Shown: piece after piece, positions 25,040-37,372 of the stretch
Layout of the letters: each line of letters starts with the position of its first letter
Position numbering within the stretch: the first letter of the stretch is position 1
Source of the DNA: Squalus acanthias
Lineage: Eukaryota
DNA length: 64,000 nucleotides
NCBI GenBank assembly: GCA_030390025.1
Contig: CM059425.1
Location: 175,586,001-175,650,000 of the forward strand
Direction of reading: 5' to 3'
Notes under the pieces: model-generated
Databases searched by the model: none
What the model was told of the DNA's origin: nothing
What the model saw: only the letters and a program-made list of their open reading frames with translations
Program-made: the position numbers and the translations under genes

Positions 25040-27070
25040 GAGGTGCCAACCTGGTGAAGCTACAACACAGGACTACATGCCTATTAAACAGCAGAAGCAG
25101 CATGCTATAGACAGAGCAAGCAACGGATCAATTCAAAGCTCTGCAGTCTGCCACACCCAGTTGTGAATGGTGGTGGACCATTAAACAACTAACGGGAGGA
25201 GGAGGCTCCATGAATATCCCCATCCTCAATGATGGTGGAGCCCAGCACGTGAATGCAAAAGACAAAGCTGAAGCGTTTGCAACCATCTTCAGCCAGAAGT
25301 GCCGAGTGGATGATCCATCTCGGCCTCCTCCTGAGGTCTCCACCATCACAGATGCCAGTCTTCAGCCAATTCGATTCACTCCACGTGATATCAAGAAACG
25401 GCTGAGCGCACTGGATACAGCGACGGCTATGGGTCCCGACAACATCCCGGCTGTCGTGCTGAAGACTTGTGCTCCAGAACTAGCCATGCCTCTAGCAAAG
25501 CTGCTCCAATACAGCTACAACACTAGCATCTACCTGACAAAGTGGAAAACTGCCCAGGTATGCCCTGTCTACAAAAAGCAGGACAAATCCAATCCGGCCA
25601 ACCAGTCTACTCTCAATCATCAGCAAAGTGATGGAATGTATTGTCGACAGTGCTATCAAGCGGCACTTACTCACCAATAACCTGCTCACTGATGTTTGGG
25701 TTCCGCCAAGACCACTCAGCTCCCGACCTCATTACAGCCTTTGGTCCAAACATGGACAAAGGAGCTGAATTCCAGAGGTGAGGTGAGAGTGACTGCCCTT
25801 GACATCATGGCAGCATTTGACTAAGTTTTTTTTATTCGTTCATGGGATGTGGACGTCGCTGGCAAGGCCAGCATTTATTGCCCATCCCTAGTTGTCCTTG
25901 AGAAGGTGGTGGTGAGCCGCCGTCTTGAACCGCTGCTGTCCGTGTGGTGAAGGTACAAGCAAGTGTGGCATCAAGGAGCCCGATTAAAATTGAAGTCAAT
26001 GGGAATCAGGGGGAAGACTGTCCACTGGCTGGAGTCATACCTAGCACAAAGGAAGATGGTTGTGGTTGTTGGAGGCCAATCATCACATCCCCAGGACATT
26101 GCGGCAGGAGTTCCCCAGGTCAGTGTCCTAGGCCCAACCATCTTCAGCTGCTTCATCAATTACTTTCCTTTCATCATAAGGTCAGAAGTGGGGATGTTCA
26201 CTAATGATTGCACAGTGTTCAGTTCCATTTGAAACTCCTCAGATAATGAAGCAGTCTGTTCCCACATGCAGCAAAACCTGGACAGCATTCAGGCTTGGGC
26301 TGATAAGTAGCAAGTAACATTCGTGCCGCACAAGTGCCAGGCAATGACCATCTTAGAGAGTCTAACCACCTCCTCTTGACATTCAATGACATTATCATCG
26401 TCGAAATCCACACCATGAATATGCTGGTGGTCACCATTGACCAGAAAGTTAACTGCACCAGCCACATAAATACTGTGACAACAAGAGCAGGTCAGAGGCT
26501 GGGTATTCTGCGGCTCGTGACTCACCTCCTGACTCCCCAAAGCCTTTCCACCATCTACATGGCACAGGTCAGGAGTGTGATGGAATATTCTCCACTTGCC
26601 TGGATTAGTGTAGCTCCGACAACACTCAAGAAACTTGACACCATCCAGGACAAAGCAGCCCGCTTGATCGGCACCCCATCCATCAACTTAAAAATCCACC
26701 ACTGGAGTAACATGGCTGCAGAGTGTACCATCTACAAGATGCACTGCAGCAACTCATCAAGGCTTATTTGGCAGCACCTCCCAAACCTGCGACCTCTACC
26801 ACCTGGTAGGAGAGGGGTAGCAGGCGCATGGGAACACCACCATCTCCAAGTTCCCCTTCAAGTCACACGCCATCCTGACTTGGAAATATATCGTCATTCC
26901 TTCATCGGCGCTGGGTCAAAACCTTACCTAACAACACTGTGGGAGTACCTTTACCTCATGGACTGCAGCGGTTCAAGAAGGCGGCTCACCACCTTCTCAA
27001 GGGCAATTAGGGATGGGCAATAAATGCTGGCCTTACCAGTAATGCCCACATCCCATGAATTAATAAATAA
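25040..27070 (+). mobile_element. CR1-type LINE family B, 5'-truncated, with an inverted family-B 3' end inserted at ~25825-25955
   Basis: ORFs 25210-25680, 25963-26232, 26334-27023; 3' end gggcaattagggatgggcaataaatgctgg. Confidence 0.9.
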
Positions 27071-27499
27071 AAATGAAGAAAATAAAAAATATAGATGCAA
27101 GAGGGTTAGTTAATTTACCATGTGACAAGCAGAACTAGATGAGGTGAGTATAAAGTTAACAAGCCTCATGCAAAACTCTTGAGAGTGGAAGGAATTTCCC
27201 CTTAGCCTGAACATGTGGACTAGCGTCGTATCCAAAGGAAATTTAACATTGTGGAATTAATACTTTTAAAACGAACTGGAAAAATATCTGTTTTTAAGAT
27301 TAAATGTGGTAAAGATGAGTACAAATGGAAATAATAGAATGGAATATCATGTGGAACATAAAAAGAAAAAACTGCAAATGAGGCAAATCTGAAATAAAAA
27401 CAAAAAATGCTGGAGGTCTACCATCATCTGCAAACAGAAAAGACAGGTCATTGTTTCAGGTTTAGACACCTTTTCTCTTCACAGTTGCTGATACAACTG

Positions 27500-27880
27500 G
27501 GTGAGCGGGACTTGTACAAGTTAGGACACGGGTGGCAGAGTTTTGGATAACCTCAAGTTTATGGAGGGTAGAACTAGGGAGGCCAGCCAGGAGTGCGTTG
27601 GAATCTAGAGGTAACAAAGGCATGGATGAGGGTTTCAGCAGCAGATAAGCTGAGGCAAGGGTGGAGACGGGCGATGTTACGGAGGTGGAACTATACAGTC
27701 TTAGTGATGGAGCGGATATGAGGTAGGAAGCTGGTGATCAAATATGACACCAAGGTTGCGAACAGACCTGGTTTGGCCTCAGACAGTTGCCAGGGAGAGG
27801 GATGGAATCGGTGGCTAGGGAACGGAGTTTGTGGCGTGGACCGACGACAATAGCTTTGGTCTGCCCGATATTTAATTGGG
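27500..27880 (-). mobile_element. L2 LINE fragment
   Basis: QLNIGQTKAIVVGPRHKLRSLATDS; homologous to 61285-61640. Confidence 0.8.
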
Positions 27881-28671
27881 AAAAAGAAAAAGGAAAAAGA
27901 ACAGGGAGAAACTTGGCAGAACCTTCCCTCAATATTAAATGGGAGGGTTGGGGTTCATGATGGTGCAAATGCATGTGATTTGTGTAAGGATTGGGCTTGA
28001 ATTTCCTTTTTGTGTTCCATGGTTTCTTATGGGGAGGGTGATCTGAAAGATTTTGGGTGCACTGAGACTGACAGCACTTTGGTTATGTATACTGCAGGTC
28101 TCAGTAAGAAAAATTTGTTAAGAATTGCAAAGGAAATCAACATCAAACTCCAGAATTTCAGGTGACTTTGGGTAAACTATGCCAGCGCGCTATTTGTGTA
28201 AATCCAAGAAACTTGCGTGAGCTTGGTTTTTTTATATGGGGGTGAAGCTTTGTAAATGAGCACAGAGATTTTCAGTGGATTTATCTTGAATTTGGCACAA
28301 ATGATAGAGGAAATTTGCACGGTGTAAATCAGTTACGCGTGAATTTTCTTGGAAAAACCGATGCCGCTCTTATGCCGTAGTTACACTGAAATTTTCCAGG
28401 AAATTCTGGGCCATAATGTATATCGGGTGGGTGGCGGATGGATGATGATATTGACGGGTGGCCTGATCAATTTTTGTGGTCGGGCTTCATTTGCAGTGAC
28501 CAGTGAGCTGCCGCTACTAATTGCACTGTATATAAGTAGCTCGCTGTTTAGGAGAGTGAGAAATCTGCTGGGGCAGCTGGTCGTCATGGGCCTGCAGCAT
28601 TGCTTTAAAGAGGAGGCCTGGAAGTGTCGAGAGTCAAAACAATCAGCAGTTTTCAGCTGCAGGGAATTTAA

Positions 28672-30042
28672 AAAAAAATTCGTTCCTGGGATCTGGGCGT
28701 CGCTGGCAAGGCCAGCATTTATTGCCCATCCCTAATTGCCCTTAAGAAGGTGGTGGTGAGCCACCTTCTTGAACCGCTGCAGTCCGTGTGGTGAAGGTAC
28801 TCCCACACTGCTGTTAGGTAGGGAGTTCCAGGATTTTGATCCAGCAACGATGAAGGATCGGCGATATACTTCCAAGTCAGGATAGCGTGTGACTTGGAGG
28901 GGAACTTACAAGTGATGGTGTTCCCATGCACCTGCTGCCCTTGTCCTTCTAGGTGGTAGAGGTCATGGGTTTGGGAGGTGCTGCCGAAGATGCCTTGGCG
29001 AGTTGCTGCAGTGCATCTTGTAGATGGTACACACTGCAGCCACGGTACACCGGTGGTGGAGGGAGTGAATGTTTAAGTTGGTGGATGGGGTGCCAATCAA
29101 GCGGGCTGCTTTGTCCTGGATGGTGCTGAGCTAGTTGCTGGAGCTGCACTCTTCCAGGCAAGTGGAGAGTATTCCATCACACTCCTGACTTGTGCCTTGT
29201 AGATGGTGGAAAGGCTTTGGGGATTCAGGAGGTGAGACACTCACCACAGAATACCCAGCCTCTGACCTGCTCTTGTTGCCACAGTGTCTATGTGGCTGGT
29301 CCAGTTAACTTTCTGGTCAATGGTGACCCCCAGCATATTGATGGTGGGGGATTCAGCGATGTTAATGCTGTTGAATGTCAAGCGGCGGAGGTTAGACTCT
29401 TGCTTGTTGGAGATAGTCATTGCCTGCCACTTGTGTGGCACGAATGTCACTTGCCACTTATCAGCCCAAGCTTGAATGTCATCCAGGTCTTGCTGCATGC
29501 GGGCATGGACTGCTTCATTATCTGAGGAGTTGCGAATGGAACTGAACACTGTGCAATCATCAGCGAACATCCCCACTTCTGACCTTATGATGGAAGGAAG
29601 GTCAATGATGAAGCAGCTGAAGATGGTTGGGCCTAGGACACTGCCCTGAGGAACTCCTGCAGTGCTGTCCTGGGGTTGAGATGATTGACCACCAACAACC
29701 ACAAGCATCTTCCTTTGTGCTAGGTATGATTCCAGCCAGTGGTGAGTTTTACTCCTGATTTCCATTGACTTCCATTTACTAGGGCTCCTTGATGCCACAC
29801 TCAGTCAAATGCTGCCTTGATATCAAGGGCAGTCACTCTCACCTCACCTCTGGAATTCAGCTCTTTTGTCCATGTTTGGACCAAGGCTGTAATGAGGTCT
29901 GGAGCCGAGTGGTCCTGGCGCAACCCAAACTGAGCATCGGTGAGCAGGTGCCGCTTGATAGCACTGTCGACGACATCTTCCATCACATTACTGATGATTG
30001 AGTAGACTGAAGGGGCAGTAATTGGCCGAATTGGATTTGTTC
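28672..30042 (-). mobile_element. CR1-type family B LINE, 3' half (RT); 5' half continues at 43057-44800
   Basis: ALDIKAAFD, GVPQGSVLGP, MFADD; ends at the element B LTR. Confidence 0.92.
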
Positions 30043-30816
30043 GGAATATAAGTGCTGGAATCGGGTTTTTCCATGCACAAATGAGAGCTATTGTACTGGG
30101 CAATCAAGGGGCCCATCCAAAGACATTGATACGCAAATTCCCCACGGCTCTACGATGAGAGAGCCGTTCGCGGGTATTCACAGCAAGAATTCGGAGGCCC
30201 CCAAAACCCCTCCAGGGAGACTCCGAGCCGGTTCCACAAGGGGAGAAATATTAACGGGTACTCAGACAGTTACAAGTATCACCGAAACCCATTAACGACA
30301 AGTACCACCCCAGACAAGAAGTTTGAGCGCCAAAACATGACAAAAGATGGACGTTAAGATTGGGCGGGAGATAAGGAATTACAGTACTATAACTGTAGTG
30401 TCCAAACATCCATCTTTCTCTTATTCCTTTGACTCGCTAGAGAACTCTTGACTCTTAGGGGTAGAAATTAGGTCGCGCCCCATTTGGGGCGCAAATATCG
30501 TCCGGACACAAATATTAGCGCCTGGCGCTAATTATCGGCACTGACAGGAAACTTCACTTTTACCGCCCCGGGAGGTGAGTGGAGCGCTAAAGCAGGCGCT
30601 GCACACCTGTCTTAAGGCGCAAAGGCCAAGGAGTGAGGCGCTAACTCAGCGCGCAAGCGCAGCGCAGCTGCTGCCAGTTAGCGAGGGAACACAGACACAC
30701 TGGCGCCGGACACTTCTTAAAGCGGGGGGGGGCCACTTGCTCCCCAGCCACACCCTGCTCATTGCAGCCTTGAATCTCAGCCTGGAGAGACCTGTGAATC
30801 CATTTTGCTGCCAAGC

Positions 30817-32641
30817 ATGGAGAGGGTGAGAGAACGCGCTCATCGCTTCACCGAGCGGGCCTTGGATGCTCTGGTTGGCGCACTGGAGCGCAGACGATGT
30901 ATGCTGTTCCCTGAGAGTGGCAGGAGGCCTTTGCCACGCGAGTTCAGAAGAGTGTGGAGGGAGGTGGCTCAGAGCGTCTCCTCCAGGAGCATGGTGCCCA
31001 GGACCCATACTCAATGCCGCAAAAAGTTCAACGACCTCACTCGGGTCGTCAGGGTGAGTGGCTTTTTCTCAATACCTCTCCATCCCTCCATCTCAACCTC
31101 ACTCTATGGCCAGAGGGTCTTAAAACCACAATGCACAACACTCATCCAACACCTATGGCCCTTTCATCAAACACACACACACATTCCACACTTTGCATAC
31201 AGTAAGGGCTATTCACCTATGGGAGGCACATCAGGCAAGACCATGGCTGTATACAGTAAGGGCTATTCACCTATGGGAGGCACATCAGGCAAGACCATGG
31301 CTGTATATTTACTCAGATGCTGTCCTTTTTCTTACAGGCCAAGCTGGCGCATAATCGGAGACAGCAGCAACGGACAGGTGGAGGGCGGCCTCAGCTGCAA
31401 CCCCTCAGCGATCTGGAGGAGCGCGTCCACAGGATCGTGGCAAGCCAGGTGATCGGTGCCGTTGCCACTGGAGACGCCGACCCCGTTGTGGACAGCAATG
31501 GTAAGGTCATCACCTTTTTGTCCTCTGTCCTTCCACTTGTCCCTCACAACACCAGCCTTTGACACTTTCAATACAACTTGCTAACTCGCTGCTCTTATTC
31601 CTCCCTTACTGCCAGCCTGTCCTCACGCTAAAGCCACTCTTGTACCTCCCTGCTTTCAGATGGTGATTCACCAGCTGAGGAGACGGGCCCTGAAGCTGCC
31701 ACTGGGAGTGATGCTGCAGCTGAGGAGGAAGAGGAAGCCAGAGCATCAGTGCCACCCTCTCCCGAGGAAGCCCATGCCCACACTGGGAACACGCCTTCCC
31801 CGGAGGGGAGCAGGGGGGAAGGGGCTGATGATGGTGAAGCTCCAGGACCCAGCGGGCTGCAGCAACGCCATGGGGGGGGGGTAGGGAAGAACGGGGGCCT
31901 TCTCCCCAGAGGGAGAGTATGCCAGACACTCCTACAGCAATGGACGCAGAGGAGGAGCGGCTGATTGCAGAAATGAACACCCAGGCGGTGTGCATGCACA
32001 CTGAGCTCATGGGTGCAGTGGGAAGGGTGCCCGAATGCATTGAGTCACTGGCAAGGAGTGTGGAGCACTTCGCTGTAGCACAGGCGGATGCCACACTAAC
32101 GCTTAGTGCTGCAATTCAGTCACTGGCTGCCGTGATCCCACCTCTGACTGCTCTCATACAGACTCAGATGGAGGCCACGCGAGCACAGACTGCTGCCAAC
32201 CTCGATGGTTCATGCACATGTCCCCGGGGCTGTCACCGCGCCGCAGCAGGCCAGCAATCTGTTCTCCGGCAGATTGCTCCGGATGCTGAAGTGCTGCCCC
32301 GTGGGAGTGCCAGTGTGTCGGGCGAGCAGGGAGTTGCTGTCCTCTCGCACGATGACAGCATTCCTGCTGCCAACACTGTCACTTCTCCACTGCACTTGCC
32401 ACCGCCTGTAGGACAGACTGCTGCCGCCCATGCAGAGTTGGTGCAGTCTGCAGCCGGGCCCTCCAGGCCCAGAAGTGGTCGAGGCCGTCCTTCAGGGGCA
32501 TCTGCAGTGTCAGGGTCTGACGAGCAGCAGCCTTCCACCAGCCTTGCTGCAGCCACTGAGGTCCCATTACGGAGGAGCAGTAGGGTTAGAAGGGGGGAAG
32601 TGCGCAAGGGAAGGAGATCACCCTCGAAGGGCAAAAAGTAG
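30817..32641 (+). CDS. Harbinger Myb/SANT-like DNA-binding protein; exons 30817-31053, 31338-31500, 31660-32641; one frameshift in a G-run near 31875
   Basis: RFTERALDALV..WREVAQSV..RTHTQCRKKFNDL; GT-AG introns with compatible phases (0, then 1); RTGGG motif in exon 2. Confidence 0.85.
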
Positions 32642-32935
32642 GAGGTGTGACAAAATGCTGGTCATTTTTTTATTAAAGGCCGAGGTTCATGGTCCAACTT
32701 TTGTTTAGTGTTTTGGACATTATCTCCAGGTTGTGAGAACCAGTTATGTTATTGACTGTTTTTTTGTGTTTATTTCTATGAGTTTGTCATGAGGAATTGA
32801 CACACACAGAGTTTGTAAAATAAATAAGTTTCTGTATTCAAAATATACATGGCTGGTGGTTGGAATTATTGGTGCCTTGGCCGGCTTAGGGGTTGCGTGC
32901 TGTGTTGATTAATGTTTGTAGCAATGGCAGGGGCC

Positions 32936-34096
32936 CTAGAAGCGGCTTGCTATTAGTCGTTGACGGACGGCCCTTGCAGTTTGACCATTGTGGGCCGCCC
33001 TCCCGCCTTGGTGCTGCTGATGATCATCATCCTCGTCCTCTTCCTCCTCTTCCTCCTCCTCCTCTGGTGGTGCTACAAGGCCTGGTGGCATTGGCTGGGT
33101 CCTGAGGATTGCCATGTTGTGCAACATGCAGCACACGACTACGAAGTTCGAAACTTGCTCAGGCGAGTACTGCAGGGCTCCTCCGGAATGGTCCAGACAG
33201 CGGAACCGTTGTTTCAGCACGCCGATTGTGCGCTCAATAATGTTCCTGGTTGCTTGATGGCTTTCATTGTACCGCAGCTCAGCAGGGGTGTTTGGCGTAC
33301 GGAGCGGTGTCATCAGCCAGGTGCTCAATGCGTACCCCTTGTCCCCGAGAAGCCAACCAACTGGCTGATGCGGTGCCTCGAAAACTTCTGCCACAGTAGT
33401 CTGGCGCAGGATGAAAGCATCGTGGCAGCTGCCCGGATAGTGGGCATTGACAGCGAGTATCACCTGTCTGTGGTCACAGACCAACTGCACATTCAAGGAA
33501 TGGAACCCCTTTCTGTTCCTGAATTCCTCTGCATTCTCTCGCGGAGCACGCAAAGCCACATGCGTGCAGTCAATGGCGCCCTGCACCATGGGGAAGCCCG
33601 CTACCCTCGCAAAGCCCAGAGCACGGTCACGCTGCTTGTCTGGGGTCATAGGGAAAGAGATGAAGTCTCGTCTCCTTCTGAAGAGGGCATTGGTGACCTG
33701 CCGGATGCAGCGATGCACCGCAAACTGGGAGATATTGGCGAGGTCCCCAACAGCAGCTTGGAATGAGCCAGTGGCGTAGAAGTTCAAAGCCACTGTGACC
33801 TTCACTGCCACCGACAGAGACGTCCTGGACCTCAGCTGAGGCTGCAGATCTGGCTGCAGCAGGTGGCAGAGCTCAGTGACCACCTCCTTGCTGAATCGCA
33901 GCCTTCGCAAACACAGCTCCTCGGACATATGGATGTAGGAGAGCTGTTCACGATATACCCTGGGAGGGTAAGCTCTCCTGTACATGCGCCTGATGGCCCT
34001 CCTCCGTCTGGCCATCATTGCCACTCTCTGTCTGCGTCTCGGTATCCTCCGATTCAGCTGGAGCAGGACGACGCCCCCAATCATTGCAGCCCCCAT
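32936..34096 (-). CDS. PIF/Harbinger DDE transposase, intact (~386 aa from first ATG)
   Basis: GAIDCTHV, FRNRKGFHSLNVQLVCD, PGSCHDAFI, LLGDKGY, IERTIGVLKQRFRCL, VVCCMLHN. Confidence 0.96.
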   Translation of the reverse strand: MGAAMIGGVVLLQLNRRIPRRRQRVAMMARRRRAIRRMYRRAYPPRVYREQLSYIHMSEELCLRRLRFSKEVVTELCHLLQPDLQPQLRSRTSLSVAVKVTVALNFYATGSFQAAVGDLANISQFAVHRCIRQVTNALFRRRRDFISFPMTPDKQRDRALGFARVAGFPMVQGAIDCTHVALRAPRENAEEFRNRKGFHSLNVQLVCDHRQVILAVNAHYPGSCHDAFILRQTTVAEVFEAPHQPVGWLLGDKGYALSTWLMTPLRTPNTPAELRYNESHQATRNIIERTIGVLKQRFRCLDHSGGALQYSPEQVSNFVVVCCMLHNMAILRTQPMPPGLVAPPEEEEEEEEEDEDDDHQQHQGGRAAHNGQTARAVRQRLIASRF

Positions 34097-35573
34097 ATTC
34101 TCTTTGCCAGAAAAGTAATGAGGTACAGCAACTAAAGTAGCAACAAAGTTAGGATGAATAGGCAAAACTACCTCACAAAGCGTTGAGTCAATGTAGAAGT
34201 CTCTCTCTCTCTCTCTCCGAATCTCTCTCTCTCTCTCAGAACGAGTGGTGCATAAATGTCGACCACAGAAAAAGACAGGAAGAGGCCCCCTTTAAATAGC
34301 GCCCCCCCCAGCCCCACACCGATTGATAGCGTTCCAGTCTTCCGGTCGTTGGAAGCGCCAGGCGGTAAGGCAGGGGGCGCCACTCAATTTCCGCTCCAGG
34401 GCGCCCCAAGGGCGTTGCACCATGGAATGACGTCATAATCTGCGCGCGCAGGTGGTCGCAGCGGTAAGTTTTAGCGCCGCCGCACAATCTCAAGTTAAGT
34501 TCTCGAGCGGCTTAATGCCCCATTAGCGCCCTCTTAAGGCGCTAACGGGAGGCGCAACCAAGTGAATTTTTACCCCTTATTCTCTGATCCGCTGATTTTC
34601 CGGGAGTCAACCTTGTGGCTTGCCGCGAAGATCTGTGGAGAGCTGGTCTGCGAAGGCCTGTAAGCGGGCGCACCATCCCAAGAAGTCGGTAAGCGGTGTT
34701 GGAACCGAAGACCCGAGAGGAGATGAGATGAGATGAGAAGAGAAGAAGACGACTACACGTGCCGCCGCGGTCAGCAAACCCCAACCGCGCCCGAAAATCG
34801 ATTAACCACTTCTTCGAATTCTATCGGCTACTCCACAACTGGCCCTGGAAGACTTTTCTTCGAGTTCTACCGACAACTGGTGTCAGTCCAGAAAGACTCT
34901 TCTTTGAATTTTACCGGCTAACCGGTGTCGGGCACAGGAAGACTCTTCTTTGAGTTTTATCAGAGTTCCGAGGTCAACACAGATCTTCATGACAGCAGAC
35001 GGTCCAGCCTGCTAGCCGGAGCAAAGCGAGTAAACAAGTGGGGTACAGAGACCCCTGATCAACACGTGAATAGTCAGGTGCTGTGGTGAAAACATCCGAG
35101 CAGCGTTTCGGAATTCTCCGAGTTATCACGAGTGGTGAGCATGAGTCTCGATCCTACAGATCTAGATTAGGACAGGTATTGATAGGGGAGGGTTTTTGTT
35201 TTAAGGATAATTATAATGTGTGTCCCCTTTTACGATGTGTCGTGCGCTCCTCGTTTCCCTAACCCTAGTTGCATAAATGTATGTAAGTTTGTACTGTCAT
35301 TAATCTGTGCTTATGACATGTATTTCGTAATCTTGAATAATATGCAATAAAGATTTTCCATTTCGCACTATTCAACCGGGTCTACCTGAGTTCTTCTCTG
35401 CATTATTGCTCTCGCACCTAAGTCCAGTGTCAGAACCGTAAGGGTGAGTGGGTCGAACCACTCACAGGTGTCTAGTGCTACCAGGCTGGCTGGAGACCAG
35501 AACAGGCAACAAGGCCTAACCCCGCACTAGCACCCAGGCTAAGCACAGAGCCAAGCGAAACCCCTTACAGGAA

Positions 35574-37372
35574 ATGGTGACCACGAAGGGACACTGGCAG
35601 CGAGAAAATAATGTGTTAGACCCTGGTATGAATGGGCGAAATGTTATGGAAGAGAGAATAGCAGATTATGTTTTTGGAAAAGTTAATTTGACTAAGAGAT
35701 GGATAAGTGACCTGCTGGTGGATAAGCGCCCGCTAGACGCAGCCATCAGGTGGACAGGTAGCAAGGAACACAAAAAATCGGTAGAGAAAGCGGTTTGGCT
35801 GATGTGTTATAAAAGGCAAGTCCAGCTTTCGGACCAGGTCATCATAGCGCAGGCAGCTCAGATCACAGGTTTGGTGGTGGAGATGGAGGAAAAGGTCCCG
35901 GGGGTCAGCAGCTCATCGCGTCCTTAAATGCGTTGCATCAGGAACGCCAGTTAGTCGCCAACCACCATGAGGCGAAGATAGATTACCTCGAGTGCCAGGT
36001 CACTGAGGCAAAATTAAATGAGGGCAGAATAAGGGAACGATGTGCCCGCCTAGCTGCTCAAATAAAAGCCCAGGAAGAGAGCTTAAAGGGGGTTAGGGCG
36101 GCATATAAGATGGCCCTCGAGGATAAACATGAGGGGGCCGATCACAGCGTCTGCCAAAGAGAGATAGGGAACCTTAAAGAGGCCCTGAATAAAGCGCACG
36201 GCATGGTGTGCCTTATCAGCCCGTCAGCACACCAGCCGCCGGTGGGTGGAGAATTCCAAAAATCCCTACCAAACAAAGCAGAGGAGGTATTTGCCACTGT
36301 GCCCTCCGCGCCACCCAGCTATTCGGCAACCTGGGTAAGGGAGGAAGTGGTAGAAGTAGAGGAAGAGGTCCCCGAGGTAGTACAGCCCCCTGAAGTAGTA
36401 GTGAAGCCGGGACCGTTGTGCCCGCTTACAGGTATCAAGAGGGGCCCGAACAGAGACGGTGGGGCAGAGGGGGATCTCCTCAGCCAGCTTGTGTTGCCAC
36501 ACAATGCACACCAGCTGAGGGCTATGATCAGTCACGTACGGAAGCTGTCCGAGTCAGACGACCCTTCCGTACATTTCAGGGAGGTAGAACAGACCGCAGC
36601 CATTAACGGCTGCGACGATGGAGAAAAGGCAAAAATGCTGCTGTTCTCATTAGACAGCTCGGTCCTACAGTGTCTCTCAGACGCGAGCAAAAGGGGAGAT
36701 CATACCTATGGGGAATTGAGGGACGAGGTCCTGGAAGTGTTGGGAGCGGACGATGAAGGTCCGTTCGTTAGATTGGGACAGACAGTGCAGATGGAGGGAG
36801 AACCCCCGAAGGTTTTCGCCGACAGGCTGTGGCCAGTATACCAGCATAGCTGCCCAGGTGCGCCAGAGCGCGCCTATTTGAACGGCGTCGGTTTAACTCA
36901 TTGGCTCAGGTGTGTAGTAGCCAACAGTTTGCCAGCCGTCAGGGAGCAGGCAAAAGCGTGGTTTGATCCCACTAACCCCGCCACTACAGAGGAGTCGGTC
37001 CTAAATCGACTCACGGTAGGGTACCGTAATACTAGGAGTACGGGAGCGCGTCCCCTTAAGGGAAAGGTGCATGAGGCACGGCCCGCAGCCCCGGCTCTAA
37101 GGGAGTGGCATCAGGAGGGAAATCGCGTCCCACAAGCCAGTAATGCTTGTTTCGGGTGCGGAAAGACAGGGCACTGGCGCAAGAACTGCAGGAACCCTTG
37201 GAAGGAGTCCAGGGATAAAAATCCTGCAGCCCGAGCCCAGGCGCCTGCCTCCGATAAGGGAGCTGGTGTGCCTATCCATCCCGATGCGATAGAATCAATG
37301 TTAGGAGCCATGCGGTCTCTCATGATTTCGCACGGGGAGGTAGCAACAGCCCCATACAACCCAGACTTCTGA
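35574..37372 (+). CDS. gag: Gag of element B (one frameshift near 35890-35930)
   Basis: ORFs 35574-35927 and 35933-37372; coiled coil, PSAPPSY late-domain-like motif, capsid-like region, CFGCGKTGHWRKNC knuckle; true start uncertain. Confidence 0.88.
35575..35592 (+). promoter_or_regulatory. Primer binding site of element B, tRNA-Arg(UCG)
   Basis: TGGTGACCACGAAGGGAC begins 5 nt after the LTR; matches recalled vertebrate tRNA-Arg-TCG 3' end GTCCCTTCGTGGTCGCCA with one G-U pair. Confidence 0.85.

Larger units (their letters stand above)
30458..34576. mobile_element. Full-length PIF/Harbinger DNA transposon (4.1 kb)
   Basis: TIRs GGGGTAGAAATT / AATTTTTACCCC; TTA TSD (30455-57, 34577-79); empty site ctctTAttct in the 3' LTR; convergent transposase and Myb genes. 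Confidence 0.97.
30043..35569 (+). repeat. 5' LTR of element B (first ~260 bp deleted; interrupted by Harbinger 30458-34576)
   Basis: 30043-30457 plus 34580-35569 match 41652-43056; ends CTTACA. Confidence 0.95.

Noticed and set aside
31197..31305. Repeated peptide YSKGYSPMGGTSGKTMAV in the Myb ORF
   Set aside because: 54-bp tandem duplication lying within predicted intron 1
32960..33766. 268-aa plus-strand ORF
   Set aside because: Antisense shadow of the GC-rich transposase; no recognisable motifs
34733..34953. Small accessory ORFs in the LTR of element B
   Set aside because: About 62-64 aa, derived from the internal repeats, no coding evidence
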